Shown here in pieces: positions 41,171 to 52,354 of a stretch of 64,000 nt of DNA. A model generated the notes under the pieces. It saw only the letters and a program-made list of their open reading frames with translations. It ran no database searches and was not told the DNA's origin. Positions within the stretch are counted from its first letter, which is position 1; each line of letters opens with the position of its first letter. This stretch comes from Balanoglossus misakiensis (taxonomy: Eukaryota; Animalia; Hemichordata). The stretch spans positions 2,262,902 through 2,326,901 of the forward strand of contig CM082585.2 of NCBI GenBank assembly GCA_040954595.2. Direction: 5' to 3'. Made by a program: the position numbers and the translations under genes.

Positions 41171-44102
41171 ATGAACAGTATCATTGAATTTTTTCTCCGT
41201 AAATGTACAGGCTTTACTCACAGGTGCACTCAAACCTGTACCAGTATTTTTTGAGATAGATCTGTCAACCATGATTTTAGTATTATTTCCACAAGGAAAA
41301 TTGGCCAAAATTTTATTCATTTCAGAGTCTACTGTATTTTGTGAACAAAAGCCACTGTTTAATTCCTGACACCGTTCAAATGAATTCTTTGCATTTTCAC
41401 TCACCAGACTATCTTTTCTTTTAATTAACTGCCTGTTAAGAAGCAAATCATAATGGCCTGGTTGACCTGGCCTGTCTGGTGTGTACAAGAGACAGACAGG
41501 CTCAGTCTTGGAGAACACATCACCATCACCTCTTGCAAATATATCATTCTGCTTGGTGTATATATGTCCTTCAAAGTATATATGATTGGCACGCATTATG
41601 TCTACTGTATCTGCTCTTAACTTGTCTGTGAATATTTTCTCTCGGTCAGCTAAAATTGGGTCAGAAGGGAGTCCATTAAGTAGACGATCACAATTTCGTA
41701 ATGCAAAATCATTTCTCACAGAGATGCTCCTGAAAAAGCACCTTCCATCACCATAAATGTTGATTAGCTGAAAATCTTTGACAGTTGAATGTTTGTCATG
41801 ACTGCCAAAAACAATATCATCAATACTGTTCAGAATTGACTTTGATTTTGGTTGGACCATTCGATAAGAAGTACCGTGGAAACCTCTGTCCTTTGGATCA
41901 GCTCTAACAGCTGCATATTTAGCTGATTTATCAATATTGTCAATGGAAGTTAAACAAAATGCATTATTTGCAATATTTTCCTCTGTGAAATCAGCTGATG
42001 TTCTTTTGTTGATCACTCCCAACATGTATCTATGCAATGTATCTCCAGAACAAATAATACCAAATCAATTTAGAATTTTCACTAGAGTAGATGACTTACT
42101 ATAACCTTCAACAATGTCAGCCAGGTAAGTATGCAATGGGTAAGTACAATGATCAGAACAAATGAACAATAGCATACACACAAAAGAAACGCCTGAGGAA
42201 TCATGCTCTACTCTCCATAGAGTGCCGGTCATAAAATCCATAGTTGTGTTTATTCCATACAAAGTTGGAGCTTTTTAATTTATTGCGTTCACTGTTGTTC
42301 AACGTTAAATATACAACAGTGTTCCATAACATAGGGTCAACCTCACTGACAATATATTCAACATCAAGTGTACTCAGATCAACATTGTTTGTTTTGCAGT
42401 AATTACTGAATTCTTGAGATTGCTGATAAATGCTGGCATTTAATTTCACAGCCACCAAATCAAGCATTTTGAAAAAGTCAACGTCAACTTTACTCAAGTC
42501 TCTTACTTGCTTTTCAAGCCTCTCTATCTGTTTCTCAGCTTGCACAACATACTGAGGATGTTCGACAAGTGCATTTTGGAGGGCAATAGTGAGATCTGAA
42601 CCTGTTCGGTACAAAAAGGTGGAGAACTTTCTACTCACTTTTGATACAACAGAAAGGTGAATTGGAAAATACACACATAGCAATTCCCGAATAAGCCAGC
42701 TATTAGGTTTTCTGTGGAATTCCACTCGTTGTAACTTGACATTGGGTCGCAAAGTCTGATATTCATTGTCTAAACAATCATTGAAATATTGCCTGACATC
42801 AAACAATAGAATGGCATGTTTTCTGAGGAGCACTTCTCCTAAAAAGACAACAGTTTTCCAGCATGCAAAATTCACCAAGTCGTCGTCACAGCTGCATCCT
42901 TTATTGTAGCATTGTGACATATTTTTTAATTTCTTCAGCAAGTGCTATATCACTCGACATAATTAAGCCTTGTTGAATACTACACCTGGCTTTTTCCGCT
43001 AAAGCAACAAATGTTTTATAACATTTCAAACAAATCAGGCTGTCTTGAGTAAGGGCAAATGGTGTGTTAGTTTGTTGGTGAAATGTTTGCACCATTTCAA
43101 AATCAGGGATTTTAAACAAATTGTTTGCCCGTGATAAGCACGAAGTACACAAGGGATGGCTTTTTCTCATAGCAAGGATGTAGTGACGTTGACACAGTGG
43201 AAATGATGAAACATCCTTTAAAACCTGAGTTGTCTATACTCAATTTTGTACACAGTCCTCCTCGCCTGAAATCAGCTCTATAATGTCGCGTAAAAAATGG
43301 CCTATTTTGCGACCCTTCAGCGGGGCCCACTCTAACAGCTACATGGTTTGAAGTACTTTCCCTCATTAACATATGTTAATGAGTACCGTGCGATCTGACT
43401 GTACAGACAGAATAACACACATCGAGAGATTAACAGGCAAACACTGGCTGACCCATAAGCGGCCAATGGCATGTGTACTGTACACACAGCAAATGGTCTC
43501 TTTAACAGATAGCCAGTTATGTAAACATGCAGTTACCAATCACTGTTATTATTGACAAATTGCATCCAAGTCCAGACACAGGCTTGAATACAATGTTTAA
43601 ACAATAACAACATTGCTTACCCAGCTTCACCGAGCTGAAATGATCGTTGACAACCAGAATAATACTGAATAAAAATTCAAAAATTACAGATACAGGACCT
43701 TTCGTTGCCCACATATTATATTACCGTGGTCTGTGCGTCGCATTTTAATTGGTCAAGATGAACGACATCACTGACCACAAATACCCAGTAATGGTTTGTT
43801 TACATGCCCGTAAATCTGAATAGTAATATTAGCAAACAGTTCAGTGAACACAACATTTTGCATAACACAAGTTCCGGGGCCCCAAGTCTTGTGTGTGGGA
43901 CATTTTCAGAAATATTGACGGTTTTCTTGAGATTGTTGGTAATGTAATGGAAATAAATGCAGGGCTCGGGCTCTAGCTAAGCTAAAATTAATGGGCTCGG
44001 AAGCCTCGCCCATGAATTTTTGGCTTTCCCCTCGCCCTTGCCCATAAACAAACATTAATGGTCATGGCGTCGTGCATTATTTCTATATTGTGTTGATCTT
44101 AC

Positions 44103-44219
44103 CTGTACACTCTCCATTGACCAATCAATATTCCACAGCACAAGTGAAATAAAAAGAGCCTGCTGTATTCACACACTGGCCTTCACAAAGATCTGCTCTC
44201 TCCATATATTCATTGACAT
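44103..44219 (-). pseudogene. Calcium-binding EGF exon, inactivated
   Basis: gatttcag|(D)VNEYMERADLCEGQCVNTAGSFYFTCAVEY*LVNGECT|gtaag; two Cys lost and an in-frame TGA. Confidence 0.85.
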
Positions 44220-45474
44220 CTGAAATCAAAGATAGTTATTATTATTTATTTATTTTATTATTATTTATTTCCTAACAAATGTAATACACATACATCTTCT
44301 ACAGAAAATAATAAAATTAGAAAACAAGTGAAAGCTTAAAGGATAAAAAATTACACTTAAAAACCCCAAACAAACAGAAACAGTTCTGAAAGACAATCCC
44401 TATAAACCAAAAAAGCAATGGAATGAAATAGTGCTGAATAAAAAGACGAGTCTTTAAACCCCTTTGAAAACTGTCAATAGATCCAGCATTGTGGATAGAA
44501 GGTGCACAAACACTGAATCCTATTTAGCCATATGCCTTGTCAGTGTTCGAAATTCATAGGAAATATCAAGCAGTCATTGTTTCTTTTAATTGCAATACAT
44601 GAACCTGGGAAAGTCTAAAAGATGCCATGATACCACTAGTCAACTCCCACGCTAAATTCAACCTGTCTGTCGGACTGGTAACATTTTATTTTTACCAGTC
44701 CTACAGAAAAACAACCAGTCTCGGACTGTCGGACAGGCTTTATTTCGTACACTGGCCTTGTTAAGTTTTGAAATGCTCATTCATGGTGATGAGTTATCAA
44801 GAATATACCCGTTAAAAATTACTGTACCCTCAGAGAAGCATTTTGTAATGTCTTTAAAATGAGATGAAAACTATATGAATTTTCTAAGTGTATATTTATT
44901 CTTTGCAGAGGTAATTTATTTAGCTATAGGTTGATAATTTATGCTAATTTCATTAAATTATGCAAATAAGTAGTGAAAATACTTGTACATGAATATATCA
45001 GACAGTCTTATAGTATCGTGTGAGGTTGATGACACATATTCTTAACCACATATTTCTTGATCAATTAATTGTTTTTACACCAAAGTCCTCAATATCCATG
45101 GCGATCCCTTTCTAGGAATTTTAACACTCTCTATCATTCTCATTTTAACAAAATCCCCTGAAACTTGTGTACCCTGTCAGCAAAACTTTGTCTGATTTTT
45201 AAAATACAGATTACTTTTTCTCCCTTGCAAACAAATTTTCAAAGATAAGTTTTCACATTTGTTAATTTGTTTATATTATGCATAATTATAATTGGAAAAA
45301 TTCTGAGATACAATTTCAACAAACATGTGTTCAGTACGAGTGTGCGGTTGATTTCAAATTTTAAAATGTGTGCAATGGACAGACAGGATGTGTGTTTAGC
45401 TGATTGTAACCGTAGCAATATACAATCCCCAAACAATGTAGCCACAGAAGATATCAATATCCACAGTTACATAC

Positions 45475-45597
45475 CGGCACATGCATGGCCATCCTCCAGC
45501 AGATAGAATCCTGGTCTGCAAGTGCAGAGATAACTACCATGGGTATTCTGACAATAGTGTTGACATGCATATCCACCACTGTGACATTCATTCATAT
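45475..45597 (-). pseudogene. Intact-looking calcium-binding EGF exon (phase 1-1)
   Basis: ccctccag|(D)MNECHSGGYACQHYCQNTHGSYLCTCRPGFYLLEDGHACA|gtatgt; 123 nt, six Cys. Confidence 0.88.
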
Positions 45598-45845
45598 CTG
45601 GAGGGTAAGAAGAAATTAGAAATTATTTACAAGCATTGAATTCACTTTAATTCCTTGGATTAAAAATACAGAAAAAATAGCCAACAGCTACTACAGCTAA
45701 CTTAGCAAAAATGTCGACAAAATTTTACAGTGACACTGGCGTACTCTGCCACTGATATGAGGATATAAGAAAGGGAACTGGAATATTTTTTCCTCTGTAT
45801 AATCAAATTAACAGTAAATGACTGCCATGGCAACATAACAGATGT

Positions 45846-46182
45846 TACAGTCAAACCCGTGTTAGGTGCCACCTCTATATAGTGGCTACTCTGTTACAGT
45901 CCATATACATTGTGTTAGGTATTGGTATTTACTGTTATGTATAAATTTGCAGTGTACGAGGCTGAACGAGTGAGCATGTGCAGTTGGCAATAAAAAAACA
46001 GCATGGCTGTCTAGTTTGTACACACATGTCCTGTGTCGTCTAATCACTCTGGTATAAGCCCACAATAATATAGCAATATATTACACATTGCACATTAAAT
46101 GACCTGACTGTAGAGGCCACCTTTCTATAAAGGCCAGTTAGGAAAGTCCCCTGTCTGGCCAGTATAGACAGGTTTGACTGTA
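45846..46182. mobile_element. Tc1/mariner(pogo)-type MITE abutting a splice donor
   Basis: tacagtcaaacc ... ggtttgactgta. Confidence 0.6.
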
Positions 46183-46187
46183 CCTAC

Positions 46188-46371
46188 CTCTTTGTGGCTG
46201 TGAATCTGTACCTGGCCATCTCTCCTGTGGCTGTGAGTTGATAGAATTCACAGCAGCAATTGGTGGCATCTTACTGAACTGACTAGCATTTGCCATTTGC
46301 ATGACACCCTCTGTGGCTTTCAGTGCAGCAGCTGGTGCCTGCTGGGAAGTCATCTTTGGAGGTGAAGTTGC
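46188..46371 (-). pseudogene. Low-complexity exon (phase 0-1) preceding the EGF exons
   Basis: ttggacag|ATSPPKMTSQQAPAAALKATEG...DSQPQR|gtaggt; phase-compatible with the 45597 exon. Confidence 0.6.
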
Positions 46372-46797
46372 CTGTCCAAAAAGATTAACAAACCTAGTTA
46401 ATATGGAGCATTATCAAGGCCAGTATTCAAAACCCCATTTTTAATTCATGACTGCAATTTTTGATTCGATGTTGAGCTTGCAACTCTCAAAGTCCTATTT
46501 TCAACACACATTTGGATGGGATTGAGTTTTAGGGCTTATCAACATTAATCACATTAAAAATTGAATTTGATTACTGAGTCTGTGGCATTATCCAAAAAAG
46601 TCTTAGCATTTACAGAGTGGGTTTCTAGCAACCAAAACAGAAGTTTTGAATTTGTTTTGAAACAATAGTCAACTGTAAAGATAATGGTTAGACAAGGCTA
46701 TGTGAAACAGTCATAAAAAGCTTTCAATTCACAGGATGGGTAACTAGAAACGGCTATTTTATTATATAATAAAGTAGAAGGTAGACCACAACTGTAC

Positions 46798-47059
46798 CTG
46801 GGTGATGAAAATTGTCTCAATGGGATAAATGAAACAGTCACATTTGGTTGTTGTGTCCTGTTTGCTGTGACAGCGGATACTGGTTGGTTGGGTAAACTGG
46901 TAGGCTGACCAAAAGGCATTGATGACCTTTGACCTTGGCCCTGCATCTGGGGCTGACTTGGTTGAGTCAATTACTGTTGAGAGGATGACAGTTGTTGTGG
47001 AGACTGACTTCCAATTTGACTTGGTTGTCCAAGTGACAGATGACTTGTTGGTGCGGCAC
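46798..47059 (-). pseudogene. Q/S/P-rich exon with premature TAA
   Basis: ttactacag|AAPTSHLSLGQPSQIGSQSPQQLSSSQQ*LTQPSQPQMQGQGQ...; TAA at 46971-46973; donor gtacag. Confidence 0.55.
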
Positions 47060-47329
47060 CTGTAGTAAAAATATTTAGTTGATTTATTTATATACTGTAA
47101 AACGGGAAATTTCTGTGACAGGAAATGTTTGCAATATCAATAGAGACAACTGTTATGCTACACTTAAATTTTGCTTTCTTATATTTCACTAACTGCACCA
47201 ATATCCCTGAAAAACATTTTTACGTGACTTTTAATTTGCATTTTTTGGTTCTCGCGAAGTTCACAATAATTTCCTGTTTGACAGTAATTCATCTATTGCA
47301 AACAAAGAAAATATGTCTACCTAGGATAG

Positions 47330-47519
47330 AATGACTGGAACAGGTGCAGATCACTAGTATACAAAGCCAGTTCCTCCAAAACAATGAGAGGTAAAGTGCT
47401 GCGCTCAAGGGCACAATATCGCGGTCATGAAGTCACCATCCTCAAAACCCACGGCCATGTCCAGGTCTGGTTCTTGAACCCACAACCCTGTGCCCTCACC
47501 ACAAGGCCATGATGTCTCC
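47330..47519 (-). mobile_element. Degenerate tRNA-derived SINE
   Basis: Minus strand tggccttgtgg (A-box-like), gggttcaagaacc (B-box-like), gtgcccttgagcgcagcactttacc. Confidence 0.45.
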
Positions 47520-48539
47520 TCAAACTCTCCTCAAAAGTCTCCTGCTTTAGTCTAATCATTGTTAGAAATACTTTCTGCTTTGACCTTTTACATGAAGGAT
47601 TTGATGCATACACACAGGCCAGTTGACAAGGAAAGCCTCTCAACATTGGTAAAACTGCATAATAATGATACATTGTAATTGAATATATTTGTGAACAAAA
47701 ACAATCATGGCCTTTACACTATTAGCTACAACATCTAACCCTCAAACCAATCTGATGAAAATATTTTTTGACCCAAAAATGGAGTAGAACAATTTGCATC
47801 TTTTATAGAACAGAAAAACAACAGTTCATAAAAACAATGAAAGTGTCCTTTTGATATCCTATGGCAAAATCTTTTCTTGGTCCCATCAAAGTTATAACTG
47901 CCTTTTTTATTTGAAAATTTGACAAAAAAGCCAGAGCGAATAATAATATGTGATGTGTAATAAATATTAATAAATATATTACTACCATTTTATGGAAGTA
48001 CCCATTTAGAGTAATGAAAACTTTAACAAACCACAAAAAAGGTTTTGTACATCACCACAATAGGATGAATTGGTTGTAAATGGCCATGTAAACATGTTGT
48101 ATATTTGTCCTGTGAACTTTAGAATCTGGATTGTATGATTTCAAATATTTGCTCAGCAACAGATACCCAAGCCGTCACGCAGTTACACCCATTGGAAAAT
48201 GGTATCACCCACACCAAGGTGGATGGAAGTTGGTCCTGGCGCTTTTTTTCCCATGATTCAAATTACAGTTAAGGCCATATTATAAATTCTGCCAACTTTC
48301 CCTCGATTTTGTAAAATACCTGACGACTTATACTTGACGAATATGTTTTTTTTTCTGAAAGAGTGACCTCAAAGCTACCAAATTATGTAGAAAATCAGCT
48401 GGACCGGATTTCCCCTTTGAAAACAGTAAAACACAGGTGCAAGCTTTCTTTTATTATGGGTATGGCAGAGAAAGCTTTTGACTGCTGTCAAAATTCTCTG
48501 GCAAACACAGAAGGATTATGAAACTGAAAATGTTGATAA

Positions 48540-49049
48540 TACAGTGAAACCTGTCAATACAGACATCTCTCTAATCAGGACAGATTGTTCAAGACAAAAG
48601 TAATGGCTTGAATAGAATATTACATGCACATTTCTTTTAAGGACACCTCTCTTTTAAAGGGACAAAGTCTCTCTCTCGCTGCCCTTTTTTCCATTAATAA
48701 TGTTTGATACAAGACACTGTTTATGTTAATGTACATGTGTATATGTAGTGAATGAACATTCAACCATACACAACTTCCATCCCGCGTGTATGATATGGGA
48801 GTAAAAACTCACCCAAAACGAATAAATGGTAGAGACTGATTATTCATTTTGGCGATTTTTTTCACTCTCATGTCCACAAGCAGGATGGACTTTGTGTGTG
48901 GTTGAATATTGATTCACCATATATCCACATGTAGAAAAAACATAAATGGTGTCTTGTATCAAATATAATTAATGGAATAAGGGGCAGCGAGCGAGAGAGA
49001 GAGCCTGTATCCCTTAAAGGACATGTTGTGTGATCCCAGAGGTGCCCTT
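48540..49049. mobile_element. pogo-type MITE containing a nested TTAA-flanked hairpin MITE (48658-49013)
   Basis: Outer tacagtgaaacctg...caggtttcaatgta. Inner gggacaaagtctctctctcgctgccc...gggcagcgag..gagagagcctgtatccc with long imperfect arms. Confidence 0.7.
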
Positions 49050-49478
49050 ACTTGGCAGGTTTCAATGTACTTCGCACATCAGTTGTACTCCACTGTCGGT
49101 ATCGAATCATTTCCTGGTTGACATGGTGAGCTTTACATAAACAGATAAACCACCTCAAAAAGTGGGGCCCATAATTAGAGAATGGTTTTTAACCTCACAA
49201 TTTTACCATAATTACCTTGAAAATCGCAAAGTCTTCATATCGTCAAATAACTGCAATGCAGTACTCAGACCTTCAGAAATCATACCGTATTTCTCACCTG
49301 CTCCTGACAAAAATCTGAAATACAACACAGTACAATTATTTAACAAAAGGTGTATGTAAACAATGTCTACTCTGATTGTAGACAGATTTGATTAAACATT
49401 TTATGAAACATTTAAAGGTAGGAACCTCTAATAAAAGCCAGTGAGTCAAAGGACAAAACTGAGACTTTGTCCCTTTAA

Positions 49479-49563
49479 CCCTTTCACCCCCAGTTCCTTC
49501 TATACAGGTCGAACCTTTTCATAGATAACAATGGGTTTAGACTGAACCTTGGTTGTGAAAGGG
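49479..49563. mobile_element. 85-bp piggyBac-like MITE
   Basis: TTAA|ccctttcac ... gtgaaaggg|TTAA. Confidence 0.65.
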
Positions 49564-50552
49564 TTAATGGGCTTCAATAATGAGTTTTCTTTAAAATAAG
49601 AGGGTGTTACTTAAGGGTTATTACACTAAGTTTGGTCGATAACGCGTCATATTTGAGTGATAGTATGCCAAACTTGCATGGTATGTACAGCGTGATTACT
49701 GCACACAAACATCCCTCTGCAATACACAAACACCATCCAACTTAAAATCAAATGCCTAACAAGTAGCTATTTGATATTTTGTGAATCGGTTTTATTCTAT
49801 TCATATTATATTATTTTATATGTGATGTTGATTAACTTGCATTTTTGTCAGAATAGAGTGGTATACATACAAGGTCTTTCTAATGTCAGGTGTCTATAAA
49901 AAGATAAGCCTGTTGCATCATTGTATAAGTGGTATAAGTCCATGGTGCCAGTAAGAATTGGGGTAGGTCTTGTAATTGGAACAGTGCATGGGGGGGGGGG
50001 CTGTTATGTGCACAGTATATGTTGTTGCAGACATTTGAATGAAATATGAAATAGCAAGAAATAGTGGGTGCATTTGTGCGACTCAATTTGTTACTATTAT
50101 TTTGCAGAAGCTGAGAAAACACGCCAGTGCTGTGTACACACCTGTGCATCAAAAGGCTTCTCTGAGGATAGTCATTACACGCCCAAACGAGGGTAAATCA
50201 TTCCCAGGGCAAACTATGTAAGTGTCAGTTCTTCATGTAAGCACGCCATCGCTCACACTTCTGCATCCCCCCAGTCCACGTCAGTATATACATGCATAAT
50301 ACACCCCTTCTCTTTAGTACCTCATGTTATCCCATGCTTGCATTTTAATACACAGTTTAATTATGTAAATTTGTTGCTTTTAACAGGGAAACATTTTTTT
50401 TTCTCAATGAATTTGTTGACATAGGTCATGTTTATTCTGAATGCAATCATTTAGCCTTCTCTTTGTAAGTAAGTGGGGATTGAATTTTGTGAGTACTAAA
50501 TGACTTTCACACCAATGTAATAATTATTGGTACTCTTTTTAATTTCAATCAG

Positions 50553-51293
50553 GTGATTCTAGACGAGGGCGAGCCTCTGCCACTGCAATATGAACGGCTT
50601 TCCAACTCCAACGTAGCGATTCCATCTGCCTGGTTGAGCATAACTTTAGGTAGATGCAAGAACAAGCCGCCATCTTACGTCATAAAAAAGCTGATGGATG
50701 GGTTGTTTAAAACCCGAACAACTGAGCGGGAAGAATACCAGCGCATTTATTGGAACACCCTACCAGCATGTTGTAACGGCACTGACTTGTAAGTAAAAGG
50801 TTTCTTTAAAATGTCGAAATGATTGTATTCTATGATAATGACATTTTTTGCATGTCCCTGGAGTGAAATTCTTTGATTGGCTATCCCATATTCACTGGAT
50901 TCAAAATAAATATCATTATAAAGGTGCATCTCATCCTTATACATTTCATTTTATTTGTTCTGACCATCTACTACAAATACACTCGATGAAATTTATCAGT
51001 TAGGTCAACAGTTTTTGTACCTGAATGATATTAAGTTTTTTTCCTGAATTTTAGTTGAATTGTGTGACTTCCGGTTGGTGGAAATTACTCGTATTGGGCA
51101 ACTGCATATGTAACAATTATGCTTGGCAATCTTCTCCTTATTACTGCATGGTGTAACTGATATGTGTTTATTCTTCTCTTTTTCAGTATTTGGTGTCAAC
51201 AAACTGAAGATGTCAACAAAAGAGCTGATCCATGCATTCAACGCGAAATGCGCCACATGCAAACGGGCTGTCTTAAATAAAAACAGAGTGTAG
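50553..51293 (+). pseudogene. Spliced BEN-domain-like gene fragment inside the TIR element
   Basis: Exons 50553-50788 and 51187-51293 join in phase 1: ...PPSYVIKKLMDGLF[+1 frameshift]KPEQLSGKN...HVVTALT-LFGVNKLKMSTKELIHAFNAKCATCKR; canonical gtaagt/ttttcag. Confidence 0.6.
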
Positions 51294-51520
51294 TAGAGTA
51301 GGAAGTTTGTAGTGTAGTTTTTTATATTGGAAAAAAATTGTAGAGTAGCAAGTTTGTAGTGTAGTTTTTTTTATATTGAAAAAAAATTAGAGTAGCAAGT
51401 TGTTTGTAGTGTAGTTTTTTATATTGGAAAAACATTTTTTGCAGAGGAGCAAGTTGTGGTGTTTATATTTGTAGTGTAGCTTTTTTATTTTTTGAAAACC
51501 AATTTTTGTAGTGTGTAGTT
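51285..51520. repeat. ~47-bp degenerate tandem repeat, ~4 copies
   Basis: tagagtagcaagtttgtagtgtagttttttttatattgg recurring. Confidence 0.7.
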
Positions 51521-52254
51521 TTACCATGTTGATTTTTTAGATTTCTTAACCCTGTGATTAAAATAGATTTTTTTTAAAATAAAAACTGTTAATTATAGTT
51601 TGCTTGTCTCTGAGGTTTTATGGGGGGTGGGGGTGGGTGGTTCAATGGTACCCCTAGTTAATTGTCTTGCTGCAAACTCACTGCAATGTTCAAATTTTCA
51701 AGGTGGCAATCTTGATTGCTGTGAACTCACTGCAGTATTCAAATTCCTGTGAACTCACTGCAGTATTCAAAATCTTGTTGCTGGAAGTTTGCAACAAATT
51801 TGCAAGTCCCCTAATTTGCATGGTAAAATCAGGACTGTTTGCCACTTTGCAGCAGCAGTTTGCAGTGAGTTCGCAGAATCCTGCTGCAGATTTGCGGGAG
51901 GAGTTTGCAGCAGGCCCTTTTTTCGTAAGGGATGTCCATATTATGGACATCACGAGGATGCGTCACGTTATCGACCAAACTTAGTGTAATAACCCCTTTA
52001 TCATACATGAACAGTAGCCCATAGCCAAGTGTGACAGGGCGATGCGATCAGGTGATCAACGTATAGGCCGTAGTATCATTCTAAGAGGGTTGGCAGCTTT
52101 CATTATGATGGGCACATGTGATTCAGGTCCCTCCCATCTACCTTAGCTGAGCTTGGGATCGCTTCGCCAAAGTTTATATGACAAGGGTGTTAGCCCATTC
52201 CTATCACAATAGGCTAGCTATATCGTTTATATGCCTTAATGAATTAATTAATAT

Positions 52255-52315
52255 GACTGACTGACGGACTGACTGACTGACTAACTGACTGACTCACTGA
52301 ATGAATGAATGAAAG

Positions 52316-52333
<18 letters not shown>
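52255..52333. repeat. Compound microsatellite (GACT)n(GAAT)n(CAAT)n
   Basis: Directly visible. Confidence 0.9.

Positions 52334-52354
<21 letters not shown>

Larger units (their letters stand above)
34102..43372 (-). pseudogene. Fragmented Academ transposase polyprotein: Cys finger - DDE core with inserted OTU-like domain - XPG/PIN nuclease - Cys-rich domain - acidic tail
   Basis: In order: CTSC..CLKC; SIDNID/FHGT; GDGRCFFRS..GHYDLL; GDGKT..GDWH; LYIAIRSGNW..FHAYDR..Y; LDEAHE..NK; NK..L..FL; HEEADSR..SPDTD..TGCD; GCGCKK..C..RCCKC..CGPACRCNDC. Multiple frameshifts and stops. Confidence 0.82.
32426..43401 (-). mobile_element. Academ-superfamily DNA transposon (AcademX type), decayed, with nested insertions
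   Basis: ~32-bp TIRs cagtcagatcgcacggtRctcatt..catatg at both ends. 4-bp TSD TACA (32422-32425, 43402-43405). Minus-strand transposase fragments with Academ-like motifs. Confidence 0.85.
49614..51997 (+). mobile_element. 2.4-kb non-autonomous TIR DNA transposon (TTA flanks, PIF/Harbinger-like; Kolobok not excluded)
   Basis: 30-bp perfect TIR gggttattacactaagtttggtcgataacg at 49615 and inverted at ~51966-51995; TTA on both flanks. Confidence 0.8.

Noticed and set aside
24218-46973. TAA reassigned to Gln (in-frame TAA in three Gln-rich exons)
   Set aside because: CAA>TAA is a single transition in CAA-rich sequence, and neighbouring exons also show TGA, lost cysteines and indels, so pseudogene decay explains it.
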